This document shows, one piece after another, positions 1-12,960 of a DNA stretch of 64,000 bases (position 1 is the stretch's first letter; each line of letters starts with the position of its first letter). The stretch covers positions 70,372,001 to 70,436,000 of the forward strand of contig CM052817.1 in assembly GCA_028534125.1 (NCBI GenBank), read 5' to 3'. Under the pieces are notes generated by a model. It worked only from the letters and a program-made list of their open reading frames with translations. It searched no databases and was not told the DNA's origin. The stretch comes from Lama glama (lineage: Eukaryota). The position numbers and the translations under genes are program-made.

Positions 1-780
1 TCATTAAAAAGGCTACAAAAGATAAATGCTGGAAAGGGTGTGGAGAAGAGAGAACCCTCTTACACTATTGATAGGAATGTAGTTTGGTGCAGCCACTATG
101 GAAAACAGTATGAAAGTATGAGTCTAAAAATGGACTCACCATATGATCCAGAAATCCCACTCCTGGGCATATATCTGAAGAAAACTCTAATTTGAAAAAC
201 ACATACACCCCAATATTCAGAGCAGCACTATTTATAATAGCCAAGACATGGAAGCAATCTAAAAATGTCCATGAACAGATTATGGAATAAAGAAGTTGTG
301 ATATACATTACAATGGAATACTACTCAGCCACAAAAAAGAATGAAATAATGCCACTTGCAGCAACATGGATGGAGCTAGAGATTATCATACTAAGTGAAG
401 TAAGTCAGACAGAGAAAGATCTATATCACTTATATGTGGAATCTTAAAATAAATGACACAAATGAACTTATTTACAAAAGAGAAAGAGATTCACAGACAC
501 AGAAAACAATCTTACAGTTACCAAAGGGGAAAGTGGGGGGAAGGGATAAATTAGGAGTGTGGCATTAGCAGATACAAATTACTACATGCAAAATAAACAA
601 GGTCCTGATGTATAGCTCTGGGAACTATAGTCACTAGCTTATAATAATATACTCAGTAGCTTATAATAACCTATAATGAAAAAGAATATGAAAAAAAACA
701 TGTATAACTGTATCACTGTGCTGTACACCAGAAAATAATACAACATTGTATATCAACTATATATACTTCAATAAAAAAAA
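1..780 (+). mobile_element. LINE-1 3' end (decayed ORF2 C-terminus, 3' UTR, A tail), truncated by window edge
   Basis: ORF 265-447 reads like the L1 ORF2 C-terminus (MEYYSATKKNEIMPLAATWMELEIIILSEVSQTEKD). L1 3' UTR follows and ends in caataaaaaaaa. Confidence 0.93.
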
Positions 781-2689
781 GAATGGCGGTAAAAGGGGAG
801 TTTAGTCTTCTATTTAATATTTTCATTTTTTACAAAGAAACCGTATCCATATATTACTTATGCAGTTAAAATTTAAGTCCTTTTAAACAATCACAGTATT
901 ATGAGGTTAAAACATTAATTTCTTGCTTTGCTCTATTTAGCAGACCCTTAATACTGTCATGAAAATCAGCTATTCCTCTTCCTGAGGCTTATGTACTCCT
1001 GATGTTCTGTTCTAGCAGAGCAATGGGAAAGGAGAGTAAACAAAGTCGAATTGGAACTAAATCTCAACATGGAATAAAACATCAGTTATCTCCCTTCTCC
1101 ACTCTTTCTTGGATCTACTACTTCTCAGTGGCCACCCACAGCTACCCTGAAAGAAACAGAATCTTAGAACTGTGAGGCTCCATGGCTTTTGCTTTGGCTC
1201 CCTTGTTTTTAAGGTGAGGGGATTGGTGTGCTCAAGTTAGAGTCCATTGCTTCCAAGGACTAATCCTGTTCTCCACAACTGCATTCTATTGCCCTCCCTT
1301 GGGAGGGAGGTGGGGGCGGGTTGTCTTCCCCGTCCAGCTCTGCAAACTCCTCCTACTAATTTCAGCAGCGAAAAGGTTGCTTTTTTCCTGAAAAGATGTT
1401 CTACAAAGTAAATTTTTTGTGGTGATATATTTCAGTAATACTACTAATTAAAAAAAAAAACCTCAAAAAAAGTTAAGACCAGAAGGTAGATTCAGTTTTA
1501 ATGAAGTGTTCTTCTTTTACCTTGCTTTTATGTTGCTCCTTTTTATCTCTTCATCAAGGAAACTGTGTTCCATCGAGCCTCCGGGTATGATAAATAACTT
1601 ACAAGGATGCACTGTTGTACATTACTCTCTTGACAGGGTGACTCACAACACTGATAGGTATTATCTACATTCTTTAAATGGTTTCCTGCAGGGGTAAACC
1701 CATGCACACCCAGAAATACAAAAGCACATGAGGATCAAATTTCTACAGGTGACTTGTTTGGCCCATCCCTATTTCCTTGCAAAAGGTTGCTTAGAAAACT
1801 GCAACTACAATCAAAAAGGCATAGGCAACTGAGGAACAGATGTCAGCATTCTCCTTGGATCTGGAGCATTCCAGGATGGTTCAGTAAACAGCTCATCTCT
1901 CTAGCTGTCCAGTCCTTCGTGGGCTCCAAGAGAAAAGGGTGGTGGTTGTGCTGGCTGGGAGAGGCATGAACAGACTGAAACCGTGCCTCCCTAGCTGTGC
2001 TTAAGAAACTTTTTCCCAAGTGTTTTTCCAAAAAGAGGGAGTTCCATAAAGCGACATTTCTCCCTTTGAACTTGAGCCTTTTGGCATTTTCATTTACATC
2101 TGCTTAAACACACAGGACCAGGGCTTATCAGTCCAGCACGTGCGGGGCCTTCTAAATCATGAAAGGAAGCTCTGGTAAAATTATGATTTTTTTATACCTG
2201 ACAAGCTGTGACCTGTAGAAAGCTTTGAGTTCTGGCAGAAACACAAAATCAATTGAGTTTCATCTAAACCATTCTCTGGCTTTCAAGACCCTTTGATAAA
2301 TCTCAGATGGAAATTCTTCAGTCCCACAGAAGCTCAGGAGGGCAACCGTACACTTTGATTTTTGACTTTATCATGTAATTGAGGTGGCGTTTTTATTGAT
2401 CAGCTGCTCACTAGATCAGTGGGTTTATTAATCTGCTTTTCTAGTCAAATAACTTGATGGGACTTCATTTTAAAGTGATTGTAGTGTCTGCAATAGGGCT
2501 CCCCGTGGGCAGTGACCATAAGTTACTGAAGTCAACATTTTATTACAAAGCCCACACACAAGCAGGGTAAAGATTCAATCAAGTTGGGAAAATTGAGAGC
2601 CTTAACATCAACTTCCTGAATTACTGCAACAATTGGCTTCTTTGCTTGGGGGGAAGGGGAAGGGAGAAAATTAATCCACTCTCCACACT

Positions 2690-3290
2690 CCAGCAGGAGC
2701 TATCTTTCTAAAACACAAATCCGATCATGCCTGTACTCTGTATAAAGCCCCACTGCTCTTGGTATAAAGAACAGAAGACTCGCCCTAGCCTACAAGATCT
2801 TCCAAGTCCTTTCTAGGCTTATCTCTCGCCCCTCACGCTGAAAGCTCTGCCACCCGACTCTTTACAGTTGAAGGAAACTCACCAGCCTCCCTCTTACTTC
2901 TCGGCTTTTAAACAGGACAGTCTTTCCGCTTCCCCTACTCTTCAGCTAACTAATCCTTATTTGCCCTTTGGGACAGTTTAACTATCACTTCTTCCAGACT
3001 CTTTGGGAGTTTACAGCATTTAACACACCAATTTGAATTTTCCTTCTATCTTTGACATTAGATTGTAAATTCTTTGAGATCAGGGATCGCATCTCAGACA
3101 CCACGTTTACTGCAGCGTATTTTGTAATACGTACACATTTTTGCCCCTCCAGAGTATGTATTCCTCTCTGGAAACATGTTGTATGATGTCTGTCTTCCCA
3201 GCCAGAGAAACCTCCATGAGAGCTTCTCTGGCTCATCCACAGTATATAGCAGGTTTGGGACACATAGGAGGCATTCAATAATATTTTGCT
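2690..3290 (+). mobile_element. L2 LINE 3' fragments
   Basis: L2-like motifs: ttagattgtaaattctttgagatcaggga and gacacataggaggcattcaataatatttt. Confidence 0.55.
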
Positions 3291-3371
3291 TAATATTAAT
3301 GTAATATTAAAAAATAATGTATTTGCTTAATTAACTCTCTGCAAAGCCTAGCACAGGGTCTGGCAGGTACT

Positions 3372-4050
3372 CAGAATTCACTGACTCTAAGGCACCACTG
3401 ACGGTGAGATGCATCACTATTTAATACGCCTTGGGAATGGGAAAAAAGCCTCCCCCAAATGATGACATACGCTTATTGAAATGATGACACTATGCTTTCT
3501 GATTACTTCGACATTTTTCTATTTAGTGTAAGAGAATTATTTAGTCATAGATATTTATCATAGCTCTTGCAAGTGTAAAAAAGAAAATATAAGCAAAATA
3601 AATTGGTTGAATTCCCTAAACTTCTTCATACTCAAGAGTCTAACTCTGCTGAATTACCTTCTAAATTCAGAGTGGTCATTTGTGCCATCACGAGTGTTGG
3701 TGTGGCACTATTTTTTCAAAGAGTGTGCCACTATTATCTCTGGGATTTTCTTTCAAGCCATTGACACCCACCATTTTGCAAGTTTGGGGGCTAGAGCCTT
3801 GTTGATCCTACCAAGTGTTAGATTTCAAAGGACAATTCATGTGCCTTTCTCAAATAGTCCGTAAGAAGTCAGGTGACAGAAATAGGAAGAGACTCAGTTA
3901 TCCAACTGTGCCACCAGGAATGGTAGGCAAGTAGTACAATTGATTGTTCCAGCTGACAGTAATGCAACCCACCATTAATGTTAAAATTTAATGTAATTTT
4001 AGAGTAATAAAATATGAATAAATATCTGGCTTAGAATTGATGCAATGTAT
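3372..4050. mobile_element. TcMar-Tc2 (Kanga/MER104-related) DNA transposon remnant
   Basis: Degenerate inverted termini (aattcactgactctaaggc ... gcttagaattgatgcaat) resemble the recalled Tc2-family TIR tttcatcgattctaagatg. Confidence 0.5.
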
Positions 4051-4173
4051 AGGGGGAAGGTATAGCTCACTGGTAGAGTGCATGCCTAGCATGCACAAAG
4101 TCCTGGGTTCAATCCCCAATACCTCCATCCAAAATAAATAAATTAATAAGCCTAAATACCCTCCTCGAAAAAA
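4051..4173 (+). mobile_element. Vic-1-like camelid tRNA-derived SINE
   Basis: Pol III A box (tatagctcactggtaga), B box (gggttcaatcc), A-rich tail, degenerate TSD (aattgatgcaat / aactgatgtaat). Confidence 0.85.
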
Positions 4174-4987
4174 ACTGATGTAATAGGTATGTGTACTGAA
4201 TAAGTGAGGTTGATGGAGAAAAACATACAGAAAAATAATTCTAGGAAGTTAATCCTCAAGATATAAGTAATTTCACATTCAAATTCTGGTCTCATTCACT
4301 GAAAATATACTATGTGCCAACTCTGGTGCTTGGTTCATTTGTTTACATTATTTCACTTAATTTAACAATATGTGCATAATTCCCAGGTGTTATAATCAGT
4401 TCCCAGAGTGAAACAGATCTACTTTATTTATCATTCTGTCTCCAGAAATCCTCATTGACCTGGAAATTACTCACATCAATATCATAATAAAAACTGATTT
4501 CCACAATTTTGCAATCAGAAAAGATCTTCATAATCATCAATTAAATATTGGGTTCAGCGTAGTTTTACTGTCAAAGATATTCTATAATAATTCCTGAGGA
4601 CTGGTAATCTATGTCATGCATATTCTTTTTAATTAAAATATTTAATTAACTTGAAGTTCCCATATGGCTTCAAAAAGCAACTATTAAATTAAAATGCAAA
4701 GACTCATACTCTTAACTCAAAGATGGAACAAACAGCTAGAAAAGTTCATTTCAGCCTTGGTTTTGAAAAAGTCTGAAATGCTGCAAATAGTTTCAAAAGG
4801 TATCTTGAAATTGTCAAAACAAATATCGAGACAAAATCAAATCCAATTCTCTCTAATTTAAAAATATAGGCACGCTATGTAAGGTAGAATTAGGAGACTA
4901 GGTGTTATACTCCAAAGGCTAAGAATTACTCAATTGGGTAAAATCTCCACCCACATCAATTTGAGACCAATTCTCATAAAACCAGGG

Positions 4988-5009
4988 GTGTGTGTGTGTG
5001 TGTGTGTGT
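4988..5009. repeat. (GT)n microsatellite
   Basis: About 11 GT units read directly. Confidence 0.95.
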
Positions 5010-5893
5010 TTTGCCAAAGATAACCAATTAATGGATCAGAGCTATCCAAAGCTTATCTGATGATAAATCTTTCAGGAGATGTTGTCTCAAGTTATCTGTT
5101 ATCTATTAATCCCCATTTCCTTCCAGCCACAGAGCCTTGGCTCCTTCAAGCTGCCCTGTGGCAGCTCTGATCTATATGCTGTGAAATCATCCCAGCCGCA
5201 TCATTCTCCAGCATTATTTGAAATTTGGGTGTTTGACATCCGAAGAAGTGGAGAAAAGTTCCATGGTGGGCCTGACAGTACAGAGGCTAATTTCTAAAGG
5301 GCAGAGTAATAAAATGTCATTCACTCACACAAGCCCCTGCGGTTTTCAAAGCAAGAGCCAGTGTGTTTTCTGCCACAATCTCAGAAGGGCAATTAGTGGA
5401 GAGGGAAAGGGGCGGGGGAGTCTGAAGTCTTGCCAGTGTGTAACTGTACCGGCTACAAAGATCAGTTGTTAGCTCACTTCCCTGGTCACTAGGGATAACG
5501 TGGATGGTGGTCATAATCTACGTGGTGAGCGTGATGCTTTGGGATGTGTTTGTTTGTTTGTTTTTAATATTACAGTGGGTGATGCTCAATCTGAGGGCCA
5601 GCCTAATTTACATAGCTGCACAAAGCCCTGCGCCTGCAGTTAGTTCCCAGTTGAAATGGAACTATCCTTACCGATCATATGAGCAGGACTTTCTGACCGG
5701 GGCTGGAGATTAGAAGGATTCATTCACCCGTGGAAAGGCCAAGGTGGGAGAACTCACCCCTCCAGAGAAGGAAGGAATCTACACGAGCAGGAAGAGAAGA
5801 GGGAGAGCAAAGCCCAGGCTGCGTGGGTTGGGGGGGGGGGAGGCTGTCAGGGCAGCGCTCCAGGCCCTGCGGGCCCAGGTTATGTCCTGTCCT

Positions 5894-6151
5894 CAGGGCG
5901 GGCATCCCCAGCAGGCACAGAGGGCACAGTGCCTGGGAACACAGTACTTTCAGGGGCCTATGAAAAGGTTTTATTTCTTTAGAAATCAAGAAGGAAATAA
6001 ATGAACTTTAATGTTGAAGAAGATATTTTAATATATAATATTAATATATTTGTCTTTATTCCAACATAAAAGAAATTATATTAATTTCTTAAATTAAATT
6101 AGAAATTATAAAGAAGTGCCTTATGCCGACCAAAGTCCCCGTGTGGTCCTG
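5894..6151. mobile_element. hAT non-autonomous DNA transposon (MER96B-like)
   Basis: cagggc...cctg termini; internal ggcacagtgcctggg, aggggcctatgaaaa and an AT-rich core match the recalled MER96B layout. Confidence 0.6.
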
Positions 6152-6227
6152 CCTGTTGTACTGGTTAAATGATACAAAATGGCTGAGAACCAACCATTTT
6201 AGACCTACAAACAGAGTGGCTAGTCAG

Positions 6228-6385
6228 TGTGTAGAAAATTTCAGTTATGGAAGATGAATAAGTTCTGGAGATCTGGTGTACAACTGAGTGCCTGTAGAGG
6301 ACAATCCCGCACTGTACACTTAAATCTGTTAAGAGGGCTGATCTCATGTTAAGTGCTCTTACCATAATAAAATGTAAAACAAAAT
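6228..6385 (+). mobile_element. LINE-1 3' terminal fragment (L1MA/MB-like)
   Basis: gatgaataagttctggagatct...gttaagagggctgatctcatgttaagtgctcttacca followed by an A-rich end. Confidence 0.8.
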
Positions 6386-6494
6386 ACAGTTTAGACCTAA
6401 TACCTACTCTCAGAGGACCTTTTGCTAGTGTGTAGAAAATCTCAGCTCAAGTTAGACAGGCAGAGAAGGTAGAGAAAGCAGTCCTGTCTTTCCA

Positions 6495-6620
6495 TGCCTC
6501 CTACCTCTTCCTGTCCCTTCTCCCCTCTTTTCTCCTGCTCCCTCTAGTTCTTCTCTCCTCCCTCCTCCCCTTCCCCTCTCCTTTTGCGCCCTCCTTCTCT
6601 TACTTTTCCCCTCTCTCCCT
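6495..6620. repeat. CT-rich polypyrimidine low-complexity tract
   Basis: About 125 bp that is almost entirely C/T. Confidence 0.8.
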
Positions 6621-8843
6621 AACTTCCAGGAATTTTCTTATGGAACCAAAGGAAGGTTGGTCATCTCCAGTCCTGGGGTCCCGAAAGGACCTGAGACTGT
6701 TCCAGGCACTCACCCTGCTCCTCCCACCTCTCAATGCCATCTCTGCTGTCCTTCTCTAGGACACAGATAGGTTCCCAATGGGATCAGCAAAGCCCAGGTG
6801 AACTCAGATCAGGGATACCTGAAGCTCTCCAGGGGTTGGGACAGGAAGCAAGGCCCAGAGACACATCAATTTCTGAAGCTCTCTTGATCTTCCCACACTC
6901 TTCCTCCATCCTTCATTCCTAGGATCTTTATCTGGTGAGGAAGGAAAGAGGGAGGGGAAAAACAGAGTCTACCTATTTGCTTATAATTTACAATGTTTCT
7001 TATCATTCAGGACAAAGACTTTGCTATTAAAAGCCAAGAATTTGCATTTTTTTCCCCTTCTGATTCCATCCCTGACAACTCTTTAAAGAAATGGATGTCT
7101 TCTGGACTAGCTCCCCAGTAGGGAAGTCGCCAGGTAAATAAGGACTATGGCATAAAGCAAAGAAATTACAGACTCACCTATCACCCACTACAAATACTAA
7201 TTAAACTTACTAGGGCTAAATCACAGAGTTGACTATCATGGAGAATAAGGCAGTATGTTATCAATATAAATATAAAAATAGATAGAGCCCTACTCTCAAG
7301 GAACTACAGTTTAATGGAGGAAAATCCTGCCAATAAATGATACAAGAAAATGAACATAAATGAGGAAAAGGGAAGTGCCAGGTGGGGGTTGACAGAAGTA
7401 GCCAGTATCCAGACGTCCCATGGTGATGAAAAGAGCTTTAAATCTACGGCACGGTCATGGGTAATGGTGGATGAACTACTCTGGTCTGTAGCCTGTTGAG
7501 GAGGCTGGGTGACTTCTGCCAAAACTCAGCCCAGAGGTGCAGTTAAACATTCAGACTTAGAGAAGTCCTGCAGGGCCGAGAGGAAGAGGACACCTGCAGT
7601 CCAGGTGGAAGAAGAGAGGACTGACTGAGTGCTCATCCTGCAGAGCCATGAAGGGAGGAGCAGGAAGACAAAGGGATTTGGCTCAAGGCTTTTATTTATC
7701 TGAAAATGTCAAAGAACCTTTGTTATATTACTGATGTTCAGAAATTTTGAGAGAAAAAAATGAAGAAGATGGCCATTATCCAGCTTCTATAGAGAGAGTA
7801 ACAAAAGCAAAATGGTTAACTTCTTAAATATATCACATATCTTGAGTAGAACAAGAACAGCAGGGGAGAAGCACAGAGCCCATTTTGTGCCAACTTTAGT
7901 TTGGGCTTAAATGGTGAGGCTGGAAGAGAGAGGTGGAGCTGGGGAGTGGTTAAGCATTAAATAATCAACCATGACTAATCGCTGAGTTTAGCCTGAGTGA
8001 ATTCACTCTGCAAGCATAACGCTCATCAAAATGTAGCTTATGCAAGGCTCCAGAATGGGCTGCATGTCACAACATAGAGCTACAAATCCCTGCTTTGTCT
8101 GCAAAGTCATAATCAACAGGGTCTAAGGTGTAGCATTCGGTATGGCTAGGTGACATGGAATGGTGCCCCAGGTGAGTTCACTTTTGATGAAAGTAGGTGA
8201 AGGTAAGCATTTTATTTATTGCATTGTTGAAAGTGAATCTGTGTAGTCAAAGGGTTGTTTGTTTGTTTTTTGGGTGGGGGAGGTTGTTGTTATTTTTAAT
8301 TCAAAGAACATGCTATAACAAAATATAGCTACCTTTCAGGACAGACCTGGATTCATATTCTAGTTCTGTATTTCTGTATTGAGCTAGCTACATGAGGCAA
8401 TTACTTTATCTTAAAATGAGTCCCCTTCTAGCCCTAGAGTGCTATGATTACATTATTTGGTTATTGTGAAGAGCCTGGTAGGCACTTTCCTCTGAGAAGG
8501 TGGAAGAGCAGCTGAGGAAAAATGTAAGACACCATTAAATCTACTTACCGTTGCATGTTGGAAAGAAAAATAATGAATTAAGTAGGGATTCTGTCAATTT
8601 CCTTCCTACTCCATTCTTTACACTAATCCCAGCTTTCAAAAAAAATGTGTATAAGTTATGTAAAAAACTGCATAAGGGTGAGCCATAGGACATTCAAACT
8701 TACTACTTCTCCACTGAGCCCACACACTGAGAGGGGCATACAGTTGGAAGTTTTGACACATTTGTGTGGAATTTTGAAAACGGGCTATGTGCTTAAGAGG
8801 GACCATGCTATATATATTAGCTATATTTGAGTCTGATCTATAC

Positions 8844-9058
8844 CAGGGTTTCTTGACCTTGGCACAACTGACATTTTGGACTGAGTAATTCTTGGTTGTA
8901 GGGGGCTGTGCTGTGCATTGTAGGATGTTTAGCAACATTCCTGGCTCCTACTTACTAGATGCCATGAGCAAACTGCTCCCCCTCCAGGTATTGCCAAATG
9001 TCCTCTGGGAGACAATTGTCACCACCATCCCCTCCACCCATTAAATATTATGGTTCTG
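8844..9058. mobile_element. MER20 (hAT-Charlie) DNA transposon
   Basis: cttggcacaactgacattttggactgagtaattcttggttgtagggggctgtgctgtgcattgtaggatgtttagcaac matches the recalled MER20 consensus. Confidence 0.85.
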
Positions 9059-9137
9059 GACAAAATGACCAGGTAGACTATGATGTTTGCTTTTGATGTG
9101 TCTGCCCTGCTGCCTTTCCTGCCCCCTCCCTCAGCCA

Positions 9138-9330
9138 TTTCTTTATTCATCCATTCAACAGATGTTTATTAAATAACTATGTGTTGGGTACTGTACCGGG
9201 ACAGTAATTAATAAGCAGTGAACAAGAGGATAAGTAGTGAACAAGAAGGAATGATACTGGCTGTCATGGAGTTTACAATTTTGTAGGGGAGACGGCGTGA
9301 AAAAAAAAATCATAAATAAAAGAGTATGTA
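9138..9330 (-). mobile_element. L2 3' end
   Basis: ttcatccattcaacagatgtttattaaataactatgtg is an antisense L2 terminus. Confidence 0.65.
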
Positions 9331-9479
9331 GTGCAAAAACAGCAGTTCAGGGAAAGTGCACACACAGTTACCGCCATTGCTTCCCCAAATCCTGTTACTA
9401 TTATGGTAAATGGTTTAGAAAGACATAAACCTACAAAGGAATGGTAGTTGGTAGAGGAGGAGAACAATAAAAGTGATCA

Positions 9480-9856
9480 AAACAATGAGTTAGATGGATA
9501 AGATGAACTTAGTGAACTTAGAGGAAGCTGAAACCCAAGACCCACAACAAAACAAACCCTCATGATGCTTGAAAACACTGGGCTCAGAGAGGAAAACCTA
9601 AACGTCCACAGATGAAGAACCTAAACGTCCACAGATGAAGAAGAAAGCAAAACAGATCACATGCAAAGATATGTGAATCAGAATGGCATCGGACTTCACA
9701 ATGGCAGCGCTTGAAGCTGGAAGACAACAGAGCAATACCTTCAACGTTCTGAAGAATTCTTCCAACCAAAAATACTATACCCAGCCAAATTATTAAATAA
9801 GTAATAAATAGAATGAAGATGTTCAGGATATTCAGGGTGTCAAATTACTTCCCAAA
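9480..9856 (+). mobile_element. Ancient L1/HAL1 ORF1 fragment
   Basis: gcaataccttcaacgttctgaag...aatactatacccagccaaattatt is typical of the L1 ORF1 C-terminal region. Confidence 0.6.
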
Positions 9857-9857
9857 T

Positions 9858-10265
9858 GTTCCAGTTTTATATCACTGCATAACAAACTACCTCAAAACTT
9901 AGCGGTTTAAAACAACTCTATCTCATATGTTTCCAAGAATTCGAACAGAGCACAGAGGGGACAGATTGCCTCTGCTCCTCAGTGTCTGAGATCTCCGATG
10001 GGAGGACTGGAAGAGCTGGGAGCCTGTCAGGCTCTTCTCTCTCTTTCTACATAGTCTCTCAACATGTTTAGCTTGGGCTTCCTCACAGCAGGAAAGTTCA
10101 GATTAGTTCAATTTACATTGCTCCAAGACAATAAGACAGAAGCTGCCAGTCCTCTTGAAGACCAGGACTAGAACCATCATTCTCTATTAGCCAAAGCAGT
10201 TACAGGCCAGTCCAGATTCAAGGGAAGAGAAATATACCCTCCTTTCAATGCACTAAACCAGTTCT
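9858..10265 (-). mobile_element. MaLR LTR (MLT1 family)
   Basis: ctgcataacaaactacctcaaaacttagcggtttaaaacaac and ggccagtccagattcaaggg are MLT1 hallmarks. Confidence 0.75.
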
Positions 10266-10479
10266 TAATAGATCAAGAGGTGTTCTGTTGCCAGTAAGAT
10301 TGGGATTGAGTTGAAGAACAAAATGAACTATGTGAAAAGATAAAAGATCTACCTTTATGCCTGTTGAAAAGAAACCAAATGGATGAAGCTTATGTGACAA
10401 GACCAAATCACACCAAGTAAGGAATCTGGATTGTGTTTATTTGAAATTACAGGGAAAGAATATGATCTGAGCCATATTA

Positions 10480-11290
10480 AAAACAAAAAACAAAAAAACT
10501 CCCACTTTGCCATGTAGCGAATGACTTGTGAGGGAGCAAGCATGGAAGCAGGGAGACCAGCTGGATAGCTACCTCAGTTGGTGACTTGGACTAAGAGAGA
10601 AAAGTAGAGAATAAGAGAAACGGTCATATTTGAGATAGATTTTGGAAAGTGAGCTGAACAGATCTGCTGATGGATTAAAAGTAGGAATAAGAGAAAAAAG
10701 GAATCAAGGTTGATTTCTAGGTTTTTTGTCTGGAATGGCTATATAGATATTAATGTCATTTACTGAAATGGTAAAGAAAGGATAGATTTGAGAAGGGAAT
10801 CAAAAATTTAGGATTGAAAATTATTAGTTATTAAATTTCATATCAAGGAGGAAGTTGGATATGTAAGTTTGGAGCTCAGTGGAGCTGATGAAATTAAACT
10901 GGAAATCATCATCATTCAGGTGGTATGTAATTGCCTAGAATGAGGATATTGATAGAAAAGAACAGAGAAACTAAGACTAATCCTTTGGAATGCTCAGAAA
11001 TATAGGAGTTGAGCAAAGAAAGAACACCCAAAAGGAGGAAAACAAATACTGTCAATGATATAGGAGAAAAACCCAGAGGAACACGATGTCAGGGGAGCCA
11101 AGGGAATTTTAAGAAAGAGAAAAATTAACTGCGTGCTGATTGGTCAGTAAGATGACATCAAAGAGAATGTTGCCATTATATTTTGCTAGCTAGTATCACA
11201 TATAAATCTTGGTGATCTTGGAAGCTATAGTTGAGAGGATTAGGAGGAAAGGATGTGAGGGGTTAGAAAAATTAGGATTTGAAGAAGTAG
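10480..11290 (-). mobile_element. L2 internal fragment
   Basis: Purine-rich antisense L2 motifs (ggaagcagggagaccag, atttactgaaatgg, gttggatatgtaagtttggagctcag). Confidence 0.65.
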
Positions 11291-12593
11291 GTGGAGAAAG
11301 AACAAGGAGCCAGGGTTCCCTTAGGAAAAAAGGATCCAACACCTCTCACTCTTTTTCTGAGAGATGTAGAATTAGGAAAATACATCAAGGTGCCTTGTAA
11401 ACTTGATCCAAAAGCTACTGTTGTAGGAGTAGACAGGACTGGTGGCTAGCCCCGGCCTGAGACAGAAGTGTGATGGTACTTCTGGGTATGAACAGGAGCA
11501 CTGAATAAACCCTGATCTACTCTACATGGATTTATCTTGCACCCTTATCAACAGTGTGGGTTGAGACAAAAAGATCTGGTTGCTAAGAACTGTAACAATA
11601 AGGCCATAGCCAGATTCTGGCCAGGAATTTTCTGTGACAGAGCATAACCTAATTAAAAATCACTTTCCCATGGAAAATTTCTGTGAATGAGAAAGGCTTT
11701 TCTCTACTCCCTTAGTCCTAGTCACAGTCAGGATGCAGTTTTACCTGTCCTGGTCCTGACTTAACCTCCAGAATTAACTAGAGAGAACTAACCATGGAGC
11801 ATTAGCAATTTCGTGCCAGCCAGGTCTCTGCTACCACCAGCCTGGTGGCAATTAACAAAATCAAACTCATTAGCTTCATCTTGGGATTTCTTAGCAGCCT
11901 GGGGAAGAGTGTTAGCCCAGAGGACCCTGACCACTTGGGCTGGGAAGCTTCCTCATTGAACTTGGCCAGAGGGAGTAAATCAGCCTATTCTTAAAAAGTC
12001 TTACTTATCACTGGGCCACTCTGGGGAGAAGGAATGTATCCCGGCTTCTGTTCTTCAGAGACAGCCCCCAAGGCCAATAGCCTCCCACTGTAGTCAGCAC
12101 ACATAGAACCAACTGGACCCACTCCTCAAGTTACTCACATGAACTTAAGAGATACCTGATGGACAAAGAAGCAGAGGCTGGGATTGTGGAGGGATATGTG
12201 TTGGCCTTCCAGACTTTGTTCTCACTGATGCATTGTTTGAACATAAATAGTGCAAGAAGATATGGCAGCCTTGGTTCACTTTCTCTATTCCCTTTGCATC
12301 TAATTTTTTTTTCTTTTTCCTTGATCTGTTTTCAATTCTAAAGACAGATAGTATCTAAAATGAGACTGCTCCTACTCCATTTCAAGTCAAATTCATTTTG
12401 TAATAATTATATAAAGGGATATATCTGAACATGATTGCGGGCACATACTCAGGGTTAACTATATGTTGAGTTTTGAAATCTAGCTAAATTGGTGAAGTGA
12501 TTTATAGTACACAGTTCATGAGTGCTAATGGAGTTAGAGTCATGGCTGGTTGATATCACAATGGATGTAATATGTCATGCTTTTTTCTAACAT

Positions 12594-12960
12594 CTTTTTT
12601 GAAGTATAACTTATATACCATGAAACTCACCCATTTAAAATGTACAATTCAATAATTTTAGTAAATATACAGAGTTACATAACCATCACCACAATCCAGT
12701 ATTAGAACATTTGTATCACTGTGTAAATAACTCTCCTACCCACAGGCATTCGAGCCCAAGCCCAGACAACTGCTAATGTATTTCTGGGCTCTATAGAGTT
12801 GCCTTTTCTGGACATTTCATATAAATGGAATCATAAAACACACAGTCTTTTGCACCTGGCTTCTTTCACTTAACATAACATTTTGAGGTGCATCATGTTT
12901 TGGAAAGTTCCATCCACATTTTGTTTATCCACTCACCAGTTCATGGACACTTGATATTGT
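12594..12960 (-). mobile_element. LINE-1 3' end (L1MB-like)
   Basis: cacccatttaaaatgtacaattcaat...ctggacatttcatataaatggaatcata...ctggcttctttcacttaacata. Confidence 0.85.

Noticed and set aside
4051..4130. tRNA-like sequences (also at 43801, 44221, 48998, 63653)
   Set aside because: A-rich tails, TSDs and degenerate stems show they are SINEs, not tRNA genes.
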